A stretch of DNA of 64,000 bases from Paracoccaceae bacterium (GTDB lineage Bacteria; Pseudomonadota; Alphaproteobacteria; Rhodobacterales; Rhodobacteraceae). Under the pieces are notes generated by a model that saw only the letters and a list, made by a program, of their open reading frames with translations, ran no database searches and had not been told where the DNA came from. The position numbers were made by a program, and so were the translations under genes. The stretch's first letter is position 1; the number at the start of each line of letters is the position of its first letter. The stretch spans positions 138,605 to 202,604 of the forward strand of contig JAPPHA010000116.1 of assembly GCA_028874915.1 (NCBI GenBank), given 5' to 3'. Below are positions 55,780 to 64,000 of the stretch, one piece after another.

Positions 55780-56661
55780 TTGGAACGCGAAAACCGATTC
55801 TGGCGCATTGTGCTTCTGGCGCTGCCGCTGGCGGTCTTTGCCGTCCTCGTGGTTTGGCCGCTCTTCAGTTCCTTTTATTACAGCTTCACCAATTGGAATG
55901 GGTTCGATTCCCGCTACGAGTTTGTCGGATTCCGGAATTTCGCGAAGATCTATACAGACAAGCTGTTCCTGAATGCGGCCATCAATACGGCCATCTGGAT
56001 GGTTGCCGCCATCCTGCTTCCGACACTTCTGGGCCTCGGCCTCGCCCTGCTGATCGACAGTCGGATCCCCGGCGGGACCATCTTCAAGTCGGTATTTTAC
56101 CTGCCCATCTGTCTCTCGGCCGTTGTCGTGGGTCAGATCTGGGTCTGGATCTACCAGCAGGACTGGGGGCTTTTGAATACGGTCATCTGGACGGTGACCG
56201 GCGAACGGCCGGCTATCGCGTGGCTGGCCAAGCCGGAAACGGCACTCGGTTCCGTGATCGTCGCCTGGTCATGGCAGCAGACAGGCCTCTCGATGGTCAT
56301 CTATCTCGCCGGGCTCGTTTCGATTCAGGAGGAACTGCTTGAAGTCTGCGAGATCGAAGGCGCGTCTGCCTGGCAACGAATCCGTCTTGTCATCATCCCG
56401 TTGCTGACGCCGGCAACAATCGTCGTCATCGCACTCAGCGTCATCAATTCCCTGAAGGGGTTTGACATCCTGTTCATCATGACCGGTGGCGGGCCGTTCC
56501 ACAGTTCCGACACCCTGGCGATGCACATGTACAACGAGTCCTTCCGCAAATACCTGATGGGTTACGGAAGTGCGATTTCGGTGGTTCTTTTCCTGATTGC
56601 GCTGACCATCATCCGGATCTATTTCCGGCAGCTTCGAAAGCTGGACGAAATCCATGGCTGA
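55780..56661 (+). CDS. carbohydrate ABC transporter permease (MalF/UgpA-like)
   Basis: ORF track 55780..56661 (TTG start). It has 6 TM segments. WQRIRLVIIPLLTPATIVV follows the EAA loop CEIEGASA. Confidence 0.88.
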   Translation: MERENRFWRIVLLALPLAVFAVLVVWPLFSSFYYSFTNWNGFDSRYEFVGFRNFAKIYTDKLFLNAAINTAIWMVAAILLPTLLGLGLALLIDSRIPGGTIFKSVFYLPICLSAVVVGQIWVWIYQQDWGLLNTVIWTVTGERPAIAWLAKPETALGSVIVAWSWQQTGLSMVIYLAGLVSIQEELLEVCEIEGASAWQRIRLVIIPLLTPATIVVIALSVINSLKGFDILFIMTGGGPFHSSDTLAMHMYNESFRKYLMGYGSAISVVLFLIALTIIRIYFRQLRKLDEIHG

Positions 56662-57553
56662 TCCAGGCGGTTTCGACCATTCCGGCGGAGGTGCTGCAGC
56701 CGACGCGGCCATCGGACCGGCACCGAGACCGTTTGATCCCTGGCCAGCGACAATCTTTGTCATCCTGCTCTGTCTTGCGGTGCTGTTCCTGGCGCCGACG
56801 CTCGGTGTTCTCCTGTCATCGATCAAGACCACGCGGGAGATTGCTTTTGGCGAACTCTGGATGTTTCCCGCCCGCATCTACCTTGGCAATTTCGCCGAGG
56901 TGATCGCCAACCCGGCAGTCCACCGCTACTTCGTCAACACCTTCCTGGTCACGGTGCCGGCCACGGCACTGTCGATCACATTCGGAGTTCTCGCCGGCTA
57001 TGTCTTCGCCAAACTCCCCTTCAAGGGTGGCAATCTGCTGTTTCTGGCCATCGTGTCCGGAATGTTCTTTCCGCCGCAGGTGATCCTGATTCCGCTGTTT
57101 CGGCTGTTCAATGGCCTCGGGCTCATCGACACGCTCTGGCCGATCATCTTCATCCATACGGCGATGGGCATCCCGATCTGCACGCTTCTGATGCGGAATT
57201 TCTTTGCGACCGTTCCCGGAGCATTGCGGGAAGCCGCCATTCTCGAAGGCGCCAACGAATGGCAGGTCCTGACCCGGATCGCACTTCCGCTCAGCCTTCC
57301 GGCACTGGCAGTGCTTGCGACGTTGCAGTTCACCTGGATCTGGAACGACTTTCTCTGGCCCCTGATCTTCACCCAGTCTGACGAGAAGCGGACGATCATG
57401 CTCGGAATCGTCAATCTCAAAGGTCAGTACTCGGTTGCTTGGGGTGTCCAGGGCGCACTGTCGTTGATTGCCAGCCTGCCGACTTTGATCGTGTTCCTGT
57501 TCTTTCAGCGATACTTCATCAAGGGCATGACCATGGGCGCGGTCAAGGGATAG
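56654..57553 (+). CDS. carbohydrate ABC transporter permease (MalG/UgpE-like)
   Basis: ORF track 56654..57553, with an 8-nt overlap with the upstream gene. The EAA loop is REAAILEGANEWQVLTRIALPLSLPAL. Confidence 0.9.
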   Translation: MADPGGFDHSGGGAAADAAIGPAPRPFDPWPATIFVILLCLAVLFLAPTLGVLLSSIKTTREIAFGELWMFPARIYLGNFAEVIANPAVHRYFVNTFLVTVPATALSITFGVLAGYVFAKLPFKGGNLLFLAIVSGMFFPPQVILIPLFRLFNGLGLIDTLWPIIFIHTAMGIPICTLLMRNFFATVPGALREAAILEGANEWQVLTRIALPLSLPALAVLATLQFTWIWNDFLWPLIFTQSDEKRTIMLGIVNLKGQYSVAWGVQGALSLIASLPTLIVFLFFQRYFIKGMTMGAVKG

Positions 57554-57601
57554 TGCCGGGGGAAGCCGTCGGGCACAGAGGCACGGAGGGAGACGATCGG
57601 A

Positions 57602-58678
57602 ATGGCGGATGTCCGGCTGGATGGTGTAGCGAAGGCCTTTGGGTCGGTTCAGGTCATCAATGACTTGAATCTCGCTGTCGATGACGGGGAACTCCTGGTC
57701 TTCGTGGGACCGTCCGGATGCGGCAAGTCGACCATGCTCAGGATGATATCCGGCCTCGAAGACGTGACCCGGGGCCGAATCATGATCGGCGGGCGCGATG
57801 TTACCCATGTAGCTCCGTCGAGGCGGCGGGTGGCGATGGTTTTCCAGTCCTATGCCCTCTTTCCGCACATGAGTGTTGCCGACAATATCGGCTTTGGCCT
57901 GAAACTCGCCCGTACGCCGCCCGCAGAGATCCGTCGGCGTGTGGCCGAGGTCGCGAGGACCCTCCAGATCGATCCGCTTCTCGATCGCAAGCCCCGGCAA
58001 CTCTCCGGGGGACAGCGACAACGGGTCGCCATCGGCCGGTCCATCATTCGCAATCCGGAGGTTTTTCTCTTCGACGAACCGCTCTCCAATCTCGACGCGG
58101 CGCTGCGCATTCGTATGCGGCTTGAGATTGCCCGGCTCCACAATCGGCTGGGCGTCACAATGATCTATGTCACCCATGATCAGACGGAAGCGATGACCCT
58201 TGCGGACCGGATCGCGGTCGTCAACGGCGGTTCCATCGAGCAACTGGGCTCGCCAATGGAACTCTACGATCGGCCCGCCAACCTGTTTGTCGCCCGATTC
58301 ATCGGTGCGCCTTCCATGAACGTCATTCCGGGAACTGTCACGGTAGAGGGTGGGGTGCCGGCGATCGCCTGCGGCGAGACTCGGATCCGGCTGAGTGCCG
58401 GACCGGTCCCGCCCGGGACATCCGACGCGACTCTCGGCGTGCGGCCGGAGCATCTTTCCGCCGTCAACAAAGGCGAAGGCGACTTTGCCGGCCGCGTCGA
58501 AATCGTCGAGGACCTTGGTGCCGAGTCACTCGTTTATCTTCAGACAGGGTTGATGGCGGACTCCCTGACGATGCGGGTGACAGCGGGCTCCGGTCTCAGC
58601 GCCGGCGACGCCATTGGTGTCCGGCTCGACCCGGCTCGGCTCCATCTATTCGACAGCCGCGGCCTGGCCATCCGGTAA
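57602..58678 (+). CDS. carbohydrate ABC transporter ATP-binding protein (UgpC/MalK-like)
   Basis: ORF track 57602..58678. It has Walker A GPSGCGKST, signature LSGGQRQR, Walker B FLFDEPLSNLD and a TOBE-like C-terminus. Confidence 0.93.
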   Translation: MADVRLDGVAKAFGSVQVINDLNLAVDDGELLVFVGPSGCGKSTMLRMISGLEDVTRGRIMIGGRDVTHVAPSRRRVAMVFQSYALFPHMSVADNIGFGLKLARTPPAEIRRRVAEVARTLQIDPLLDRKPRQLSGGQRQRVAIGRSIIRNPEVFLFDEPLSNLDAALRIRMRLEIARLHNRLGVTMIYVTHDQTEAMTLADRIAVVNGGSIEQLGSPMELYDRPANLFVARFIGAPSMNVIPGTVTVEGGVPAIACGETRIRLSAGPVPPGTSDATLGVRPEHLSAVNKGEGDFAGRVEIVEDLGAESLVYLQTGLMADSLTMRVTAGSGLSAGDAIGVRLDPARLHLFDSRGLAIR

Positions 58679-58774
58679 CAGTGCCGACTCGCAGGTGGTG
58701 CCAGGGCCCGTCGAAGGCAGGCCTCGGAAACGGCCAATCCGACATGGCGCGACCCGTGATCCGATCCTGGGTGG

Positions 58775-60403
58775 TCATGTCTTTTCGGGTGTCCCGTTCA
58801 GTGGGAGCCGGGTGCGTTCGGCGACAACCGGCCAGTCCATGTGATCACGGACGAATTCCTCGCCGACATCGCGTGCAGGCAAATGGTCCCAACTCGTTCT
58901 CGCTCCCGCCCGCATGGCCGCGCGGACCGCTTGCCGTTGCCGTTGCGACGCCAGCACGTCACGTCTGAGCGCTGCGGAATCCCACCGCCGCGCCACGTCG
59001 GCGGCAAATCCTGCGGTTACGTGAGCATGATCAGGTGATTGCGCGAGATTCCGCTGTTCCTCCGGGTCGGACGGCAGGTGATAGAGTTGTGGCGGGTCGC
59101 AATCGCAATGGATGTACTTCCACGGACCGGTCCGGATCATGAAGACGGGATGGCCGGCCATTTCCGCGCAGTACTCGCCTATAGCCATGCGTTGGCGTTC
59201 ACTCTCTCCACTGCGTCCGGTGTAATCGTCACCGGGCCAGTCACGACCGTCGACCGGATCATCTTCGCCATCCGTAGCTCCCGTCAGGAGCGGTAGCAGC
59301 GACCGACCGTCTATCGGCATGCCGAGTTCGGGTTTGTCCCTGCCTGTGGATGCGGCGATGTCAATCAGCGTAGGAAGGATGTCCACGAGAGAGCAGACTG
59401 TGGTGCTGGACCCGGAAACAATTCCGGGACCCGCCATGACCAGCGGTACTCGTGCCGAGTGTTCGAAAAAGTTCATCTTGTACCAGAGCCCGCGTTCGCC
59501 GAGCATGTCACCGTGATCGGCCGTGACAATCAGCACGGTATTCGCTGCGAGTCCGGTTTCCTCGAGCGCCTGGCGCAACGCGCCGACCTTGGAATCGACA
59601 TAGGAAACATTGGCGAAATAGGCGTGTCGGGCCCGCCGAATCTCGTCTTCGGTCAGAGTGACAGTGCTGGCCTCGATGCCGTCCATGATCCGGCGACAAA
59701 ACGGATCTTGGTCCTCCGGTGCGAGCGTGAGCGCAGGAAGATCGATCTCGGCGGTATCGTAGAGATTCCACCATTCGGGCCGTGCAACGTAAGGATCGTG
59801 CGGATGTGTGAAACTGGCCACCAGGCAAAATGGACCGTCCCGGTTCCGGGCGAAGTCGACGATCCGTCTTCGCGCCTGAAACGCGGTCTCTTCGTCATAG
59901 TCGATCTGAAACGTCGCGGCCGCCATGCCCGAGTCCCGAACCGTTTGCATGTCGTGGTACCAGGAGTCCATTCTTTCGTTCGGGCGATCCCAGTCCGGAA
60001 TCCAGGTGTAGTCGACAGGGTACACGTCGGTCGTCAGTCGCTCTTCGAACCCGTGCAACTGGTCAGGTCCAATGAAGTGCATCTTGCCGGAAAGGCATGT
60101 GCGATAGCCCATCGACCGCAGGTAATGTGCGAAGGTCGGGATCGAGGCTGGAAACTCGCATGCGTTGTCATAGGCGGAAATTCTCGAAATCAGTTGTCCG
60201 GACATGAAGCTGGCCCGGGACGGCGCGCAGAGCGGCGAATTGCAATAGGCAGCATCGAACCGCATCCCGTCTCCGGCAAGGGCGTCGAGATGCGGCGTCC
60301 GGACCTGCGGGTGACCATAGGCCCCGGTAAACTGCGGCGCCAGCTGATCGGCCATGATCAGGACAATGTTCGGAGGGGTCTTGCGGTCGACGGCCATGGT
60401 CAT
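58775..60403 (-). CDS. betC: choline-sulfatase-like type I sulfatase
   Basis: ORF track 58775..60847. Start trimmed to ATG at 60403 (MTMAVDRKTPPNIVLIMADQL...) after GGAGAG. It has the sulfatase CxPxR motif (SPLCAPSRASFMSG) and LHGFEERLTTDVYPVDYTWIPDW, which I recall as characteristic of BetC. Confidence 0.85.
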   Translation of the reverse strand: MTMAVDRKTPPNIVLIMADQLAPQFTGAYGHPQVRTPHLDALAGDGMRFDAAYCNSPLCAPSRASFMSGQLISRISAYDNACEFPASIPTFAHYLRSMGYRTCLSGKMHFIGPDQLHGFEERLTTDVYPVDYTWIPDWDRPNERMDSWYHDMQTVRDSGMAAATFQIDYDEETAFQARRRIVDFARNRDGPFCLVASFTHPHDPYVARPEWWNLYDTAEIDLPALTLAPEDQDPFCRRIMDGIEASTVTLTEDEIRRARHAYFANVSYVDSKVGALRQALEETGLAANTVLIVTADHGDMLGERGLWYKMNFFEHSARVPLVMAGPGIVSGSSTTVCSLVDILPTLIDIAASTGRDKPELGMPIDGRSLLPLLTGATDGEDDPVDGRDWPGDDYTGRSGESERQRMAIGEYCAEMAGHPVFMIRTGPWKYIHCDCDPPQLYHLPSDPEEQRNLAQSPDHAHVTAGFAADVARRWDSAALRRDVLASQRQRQAVRAAMRAGARTSWDHLPARDVGEEFVRDHMDWPVVAERTRLPLNGTPEKT

Positions 60404-60987
60404 CTCTCCATCAGGACTAGGGGTCGACACCGTGGCCCGGTTCGTGACCGCGCCTGACTCGAAACGGGTGCCAGAGTCACCATTCAACCCGCACCCCACG
60501 TACGTCAATACAAATTGGAACAACCGCTGAAGAGTTCGTGGCCAGTGTCGGAGATCGGAGACCAGGCGAAACGGTTCAGAAAACCCCAAGTCCCAAGATA
60601 CTGGCGGTGATTTCCCGACGGTTCTTGTGTCGAAATGATTCCTCGCAGCGGTTTCGCCATCGAACGGGCATGCCCATGCAATTCGACGTCTTCGGGGCTC
60701 TGGCCTCGGTCTGGACCGCCGAGTCACTCCGGAAACGTGCGCGGAAGACACCGGATCCCCTGGGCGAACGGAAGGACGAAGTGGCGATGCGGTGTAACGT
60801 GTTGATGTGGAGGCAGCCGAGTCACGACCTGGCGCCTCGAGCCGCAAGATTCAGAGTCGCGCCTTTCGCGTGAACACCGGATGACGACCTGTCTCGAGCG
60901 TGGATTCGCGTTTAACGTTCACGACACCGGCCAGACACGTGGAGTGGCCGGAACCATGAGCCACTCCTGGACCAGGGGAAGACGATC

Positions 60988-61926
60988 ATGAGAGTTGGAT
61001 TTATCGGCCTGGGAAATCTGGGCCTGCCTCTGGCTGTCAGCACTGTTCGCGCCGGACACCGCACCAAGGGGTTCGACATCGATGGCGACCGGTTGGAAAT
61101 CTTTCTGGAGCATGGCGGTGTTGCCGCAAACTCCGTCGCCGATGCGGCAAGATATGGCGAAGTTGTGGTCACCGGTCTTCCGGATGCGGCCGATGTGGAG
61201 TCTGTTGCGCTTGGAAGGGGCAATTTCCTCGATTCCATGGCGGTGAGTTCAGTCTACGTCGACATGAGCACCATCGATCCACACTCCACGCGGAGGATCG
61301 GGTCCGCATTCGAGGAAATGGGGATGGAAATGATCGACGCGCCGGTCGCCCGCACCCTCGAGATGGCCTGGGCGGGAAAGTCGCTCCTGATGGTTGGGGG
61401 AAATCCCGCCGCGATCGAGCGTGCCCGTCCGGTGCTGGATGCAGTGTCGGAGTTGGTGATCCACTGCGGCCCACTGGGCAACGGTGCCGCAACGAAACTC
61501 ACAAACAATTTCCTCGCGAACGGAATCCTCGCTGTCGCGGTGGAGGCGCTCGGGATCGGCCTGAAGTCCGGTCTGTCCTTGGAAACCATCCTTGAGACGG
61601 TCCGGTTGACGGGTACGTTCAACAAGATGATGCTGGAGAACCTTCCCGCACATGCGTTTCGGGGAGAGTTCGAACCGGGATTCAGAAGCGTCCTTGCCCA
61701 CAAGGACCAGCGACTCGCATTCCGGCTGGCGGAAGCCCACGGCATCCACGCGCCCTTGGGCACGGCGACTTTGGAGGTTCTTTCCGAGCTCGTCGCAGCG
61801 CACCCTGATCTCGACTTGTCAGCGATGCTGAAGCAACCCGAAATGCAGGCCGGGTTCTCGGCCCGGTTCGCGGCGAGCGAGCAAACAGGCGGGAATGTGG
61901 CGAGGCGCAACCCTTCGTGCGGCTGA
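60988..61926 (+). CDS. NAD(P)-dependent 3-hydroxyisobutyrate dehydrogenase family oxidoreductase
   Basis: ORF track 60988..61926. MRVGFIGLGNLGLPLA (Rossmann fold), ...DAPV..., GNGAATKLTNNFL, typical HIBADH/tartronate-semialdehyde-reductase pattern. Confidence 0.88.
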   Translation: MRVGFIGLGNLGLPLAVSTVRAGHRTKGFDIDGDRLEIFLEHGGVAANSVADAARYGEVVVTGLPDAADVESVALGRGNFLDSMAVSSVYVDMSTIDPHSTRRIGSAFEEMGMEMIDAPVARTLEMAWAGKSLLMVGGNPAAIERARPVLDAVSELVIHCGPLGNGAATKLTNNFLANGILAVAVEALGIGLKSGLSLETILETVRLTGTFNKMMLENLPAHAFRGEFEPGFRSVLAHKDQRLAFRLAEAHGIHAPLGTATLEVLSELVAAHPDLDLSAMLKQPEMQAGFSARFAASEQTGGNVARRNPSCG

Positions 61927-61984
61927 ATTCTCCCTTCACCCGCTCGGCGCGGCTTGAACCCCGCCGTCGGTCTACGGATTCCTC

Positions 61985-62773
61985 CTATGGCCGCAAACTG
62001 TCTTGGAGCTGTCCGAGCTCTTCACTCAGGTTCTCGCTGAACAGGTCAGGGCGCATTCCGGCCAGTTGCACCACGCGTCCGACGACCGACAGGACATGGG
62101 TCTGCATCGCGGCGCCCGCAGCGCCCGCATCTCCCATGGCGATCGCCTCCGCGATCTTCGTGTGCTGGCGCACGACTTCCGCCCGATCGTAGGATGCCAG
62201 GTACGTCATGTGGGCAAAGCGAATTCGGTCGGTCAGTCCGCGCAGGCTCTCGACGATCTCGTGCACCCGTTCGAGATTGGCTATCCGCATCACCTGCAAG
62301 TGAAACTCGCGGTCGCAGGCATGGAAGGCATCGGCGTCGCCCGTCTCGATCTGCTCTGCAAGCAGGGTCATACTCGAAATCAGCGCCTCCCGCTGGTCCG
62401 GTTCCTTCCGCGCAGCCATTTCCGCCGCGGTCCGTTCCAACGCTTCCCGCGCAACCACGAACTGCCGGAACGTGGCAAGATCCAGTCTCGTGACGGTCGT
62501 TCTTCTGCGGGGTGAAATGACCACCAGTCCCTCCCGCTCCAGGCGCTTCAGGGCATCGCGAACCGGTGTCCGACTTGCGTGAAGCAGTCGCGAGAGCTCG
62601 TTCTCGGACATGCGTTGGCCGGGCGCGAACTGCAGGGAGACGATCGCTTGGCGGATATTCTGATACAGGTCGCCGCCGGAGAGAACATCGCCAGACTCCG
62701 GATTTCCGCCCTTCGGCTGCGGACCGGTTTCGGTTGGCTTGAACCGCGCTGCGGGCAACGCTGGCATCTTCAT
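61985..62773 (-). CDS. GntR family transcriptional regulator (FadR/FCD subfamily)
   Basis: ORF track 61985..62824. The likely start is ATG at 62773 or 62767. The wHTH is GQRMSENELSRLLHASRTPVRDALKRLEREGLV, followed by an all-helical FCD-like C-terminal domain. Confidence 0.85.
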   Translation of the reverse strand: MKMPALPAARFKPTETGPQPKGGNPESGDVLSGGDLYQNIRQAIVSLQFAPGQRMSENELSRLLHASRTPVRDALKRLEREGLVVISPRRRTTVTRLDLATFRQFVVAREALERTAAEMAARKEPDQREALISSMTLLAEQIETGDADAFHACDREFHLQVMRIANLERVHEIVESLRGLTDRIRFAHMTYLASYDRAEVVRQHTKIAEAIAMGDAGAAGAAMQTHVLSVVGRVVQLAGMRPDLFSENLSEELGQLQDSLRP

Positions 62774-62915
62774 AGCTGTGATTTCCGGCTCGCGGTGCTC
62801 CGCGGCGGCAATGTCAGCCGGCACCCGCCGTTCGGCAGCGCCTCAGGCGGTGCGCCCGGAATTGCGCCGGGTCCCGGAAGGCATCGGCATTGCGCTGGCG
62901 CAGCACGATGGGCTG

Positions 62916-63911
62916 TCATTGATCCCGCCCTGCGATCCCTGGCACACCTTCGTCGATGAAACCCTCCGAGCGAAGATGCTTCCAGAGCGTCGACGGGATC
63001 GGGAAGTTCATGAATTCGACATTCGCGGCGACTTCACCTGGGGTCGCTGCTCCGGCGATCACCGTGCTGACGGCAGGATGGCTCAGCGGGAACTGGAGCG
63101 CTGCCGCCTGCATGGGAACGCCGTACATTGCGCAGATGGCCGCAATGCGGCTGACGCGGTCGAGGACATCGGCGGTTGGGGTCGTGTAATTGTACCGCGC
63201 TCCCTTGACAGCTCCCGCGGCCAGAATGCCGGAATTGTATGGTCCGCCGACAATCATGCCGACATTCCGCGCAACGCATGTCGGCAGCAGATCGGGCAGG
63301 GCGCTCTGATCGAGCAATGTGTATCTGCCGGCCAGGAGCACGCAATCGATGTCTGTCACCTCCAGGAACCGGCGGCACCACGAAACATCGTTCAAGCCGA
63401 CGCCAATCGCTTGTACGTCACCGCATCGACGCAATTCGCCGAGTGCGCGACAGGCGCCATCCAATGCCGTTTCGAACCAGCGCCGAGCATTGTCTTCGCC
63501 GCCATGCGAGAATGCATCCACGTCATGAATCAGCAGAATGTCGATGAGGCCAACGCCAAGTCGTGCCACGGACTGCTCATAGGATCGCATCGCCCCGTCG
63601 TAGCTGTAGTCGAACACGGGACGGAATTGCAGGCCGCCGGGCCGCAGATCGTTGGCGGATTCGCCGGGGCGCAACGGTTCGAGGCATCGGCCGACCTTGG
63701 TGGAGAGCAGGTAAGAGTCGCGGGGCCTGTCGCGCAGGACGTGCCCGCACCGATGTTCGCTGCGGCCGTATCCGTAGTAGGGAGACGTATCGAACAGATT
63801 GAGGCTGGCGCGGCAGGCCTCGCGAACCGTGTTGCCAGCGGTTTTTTCGGGAATCGACTTGCCGAATCCTCCGATCGTTGCGCCGCCGAATCCGAGCGCA
63901 GTTACTTCCAG
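62916..63911 (-). CDS. aldo/keto reductase family oxidoreductase (5' end anomalous)
   Basis: ORF track 62916..63674 starts at an internal TTG. The same frame stays open up to 63917 and encodes the expected AKR N-terminus (AGLEVTALGFGGATIGGFGK...LFDTSPYYGYGRSE...). It has no ATG/GTG/TTG, and only CTG at 63911 is available. The stop TGA lies at 63920-63918. Confidence 0.7.
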   Translation of the reverse strand: MEVTALGFGGATIGGFGKSIPEKTAGNTVREACRASLNLFDTSPYYGYGRSEHRCGHVLRDRPRDSYLLSTKVGRCLEPLRPGESANDLRPGGLQFRPVFDYSYDGAMRSYEQSVARLGVGLIDILLIHDVDAFSHGGEDNARRWFETALDGACRALGELRRCGDVQAIGVGLNDVSWCRRFLEVTDIDCVLLAGRYTLLDQSALPDLLPTCVARNVGMIVGGPYNSGILAAGAVKGARYNYTTPTADVLDRVSRIAAICAMYGVPMQAAALQFPLSHPAVSTVIAGAATPGEVAANVEFMNFPIPSTLWKHLRSEGFIDEGVPGIAGRDQ

Positions 63912-64000
63912 GCCAGCTCAAGGAAACGATGTGTCTCCTTGATCTCCGCCGGGACCTATCCCCAGGATCGGAAGCACAGCACCCGGTCGGCATCGCGCAT

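Noticed and set aside
50448-61926. A sulfo- or sulfated-sugar catabolic cluster: IlvD/Edd dehydratase, Gfo/Idh/MocA oxidoreductase, sugar ABC transporter, sulfatase and HIBADH-type reductase.
   Set aside because: The sulfatase is convergent with the ABC operon, not part of it. It carries what I recognise as choline-sulfatase (BetC)-type motifs. The dehydratase, oxidoreductase, IclR and CUT1 module is an ordinary sugar-acid layout. The association is probably just adjacency.

Overview
This is a high-GC window (hand counts give about 64-68% GC in core genes) that looks alphaproteobacterial and is densely coding, with about 55 CDS. All calls come from reading translations and motifs by eye. No database, HMM or folding search was run.

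Gene order, left to right:
- Housekeeping block ctpA (partial), gpmI, rlmH, rsfS.
- A decayed TnpB-like relic.
- A Dpp/Opp-type peptide ABC operon with two enzyme genes embedded in it.
- ilvE.
- A MarR plus OmpR-type regulator pair with no kinase.
- A lower-GC island of about 2.7 kb carrying an orphan Wzx-type flippase.
- cysQ.
- A 1,324-bp element carrying only tnpB.
- alkB, then dnaK-dnaJ behind an RpoH-type promoter, then maeB.
- A 970-bp repeat-rich intergenic region.
- An Fe3+/polyamine-type ABC importer.
- A catabolic island built around a TctABC tripartite transporter. It holds three RidA-family genes plus Amidohydro_2, methylmalonyl-CoA-epimerase-like, crotonase, family III CoA-transferase and MR/MLE genes.
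- A low-GC orphan region of about 1.3 kb.
- A CUT2-type sugar ABC system plus a GH1 glycosidase.
- An IclR / Gfo-Idh-MocA / IlvD-Edd sugar-acid module with a CUT1 ABC importer.
- A betC-like sulfatase, a HIBADH-type dehydrogenase, a GntR regulator and an aldo-keto reductase.

No rRNA, tRNA or CRISPR array was seen.

Most notable observations:
1. The tnpB-only element has 24-bp terminal inverted repeats and an 8-bp direct duplication. This is not the IS200/IS605 architecture. Its end lies 21 nt upstream of the cysQ ATG, and its tnpB has one frameshift.
2. A second TnpB-like relic, of the DRDxNGAR type, lies upstream of the dpp-type operon and has lost its catalytic and zinc ligands.
3. Two of the three RidA-family genes are triple-domain single-chain proteins. 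They bracket the TctABC transporter next to an ACMSD-type amidohydrolase.
4. Several repeat-rich or low-GC non-coding stretches remain unexplained.
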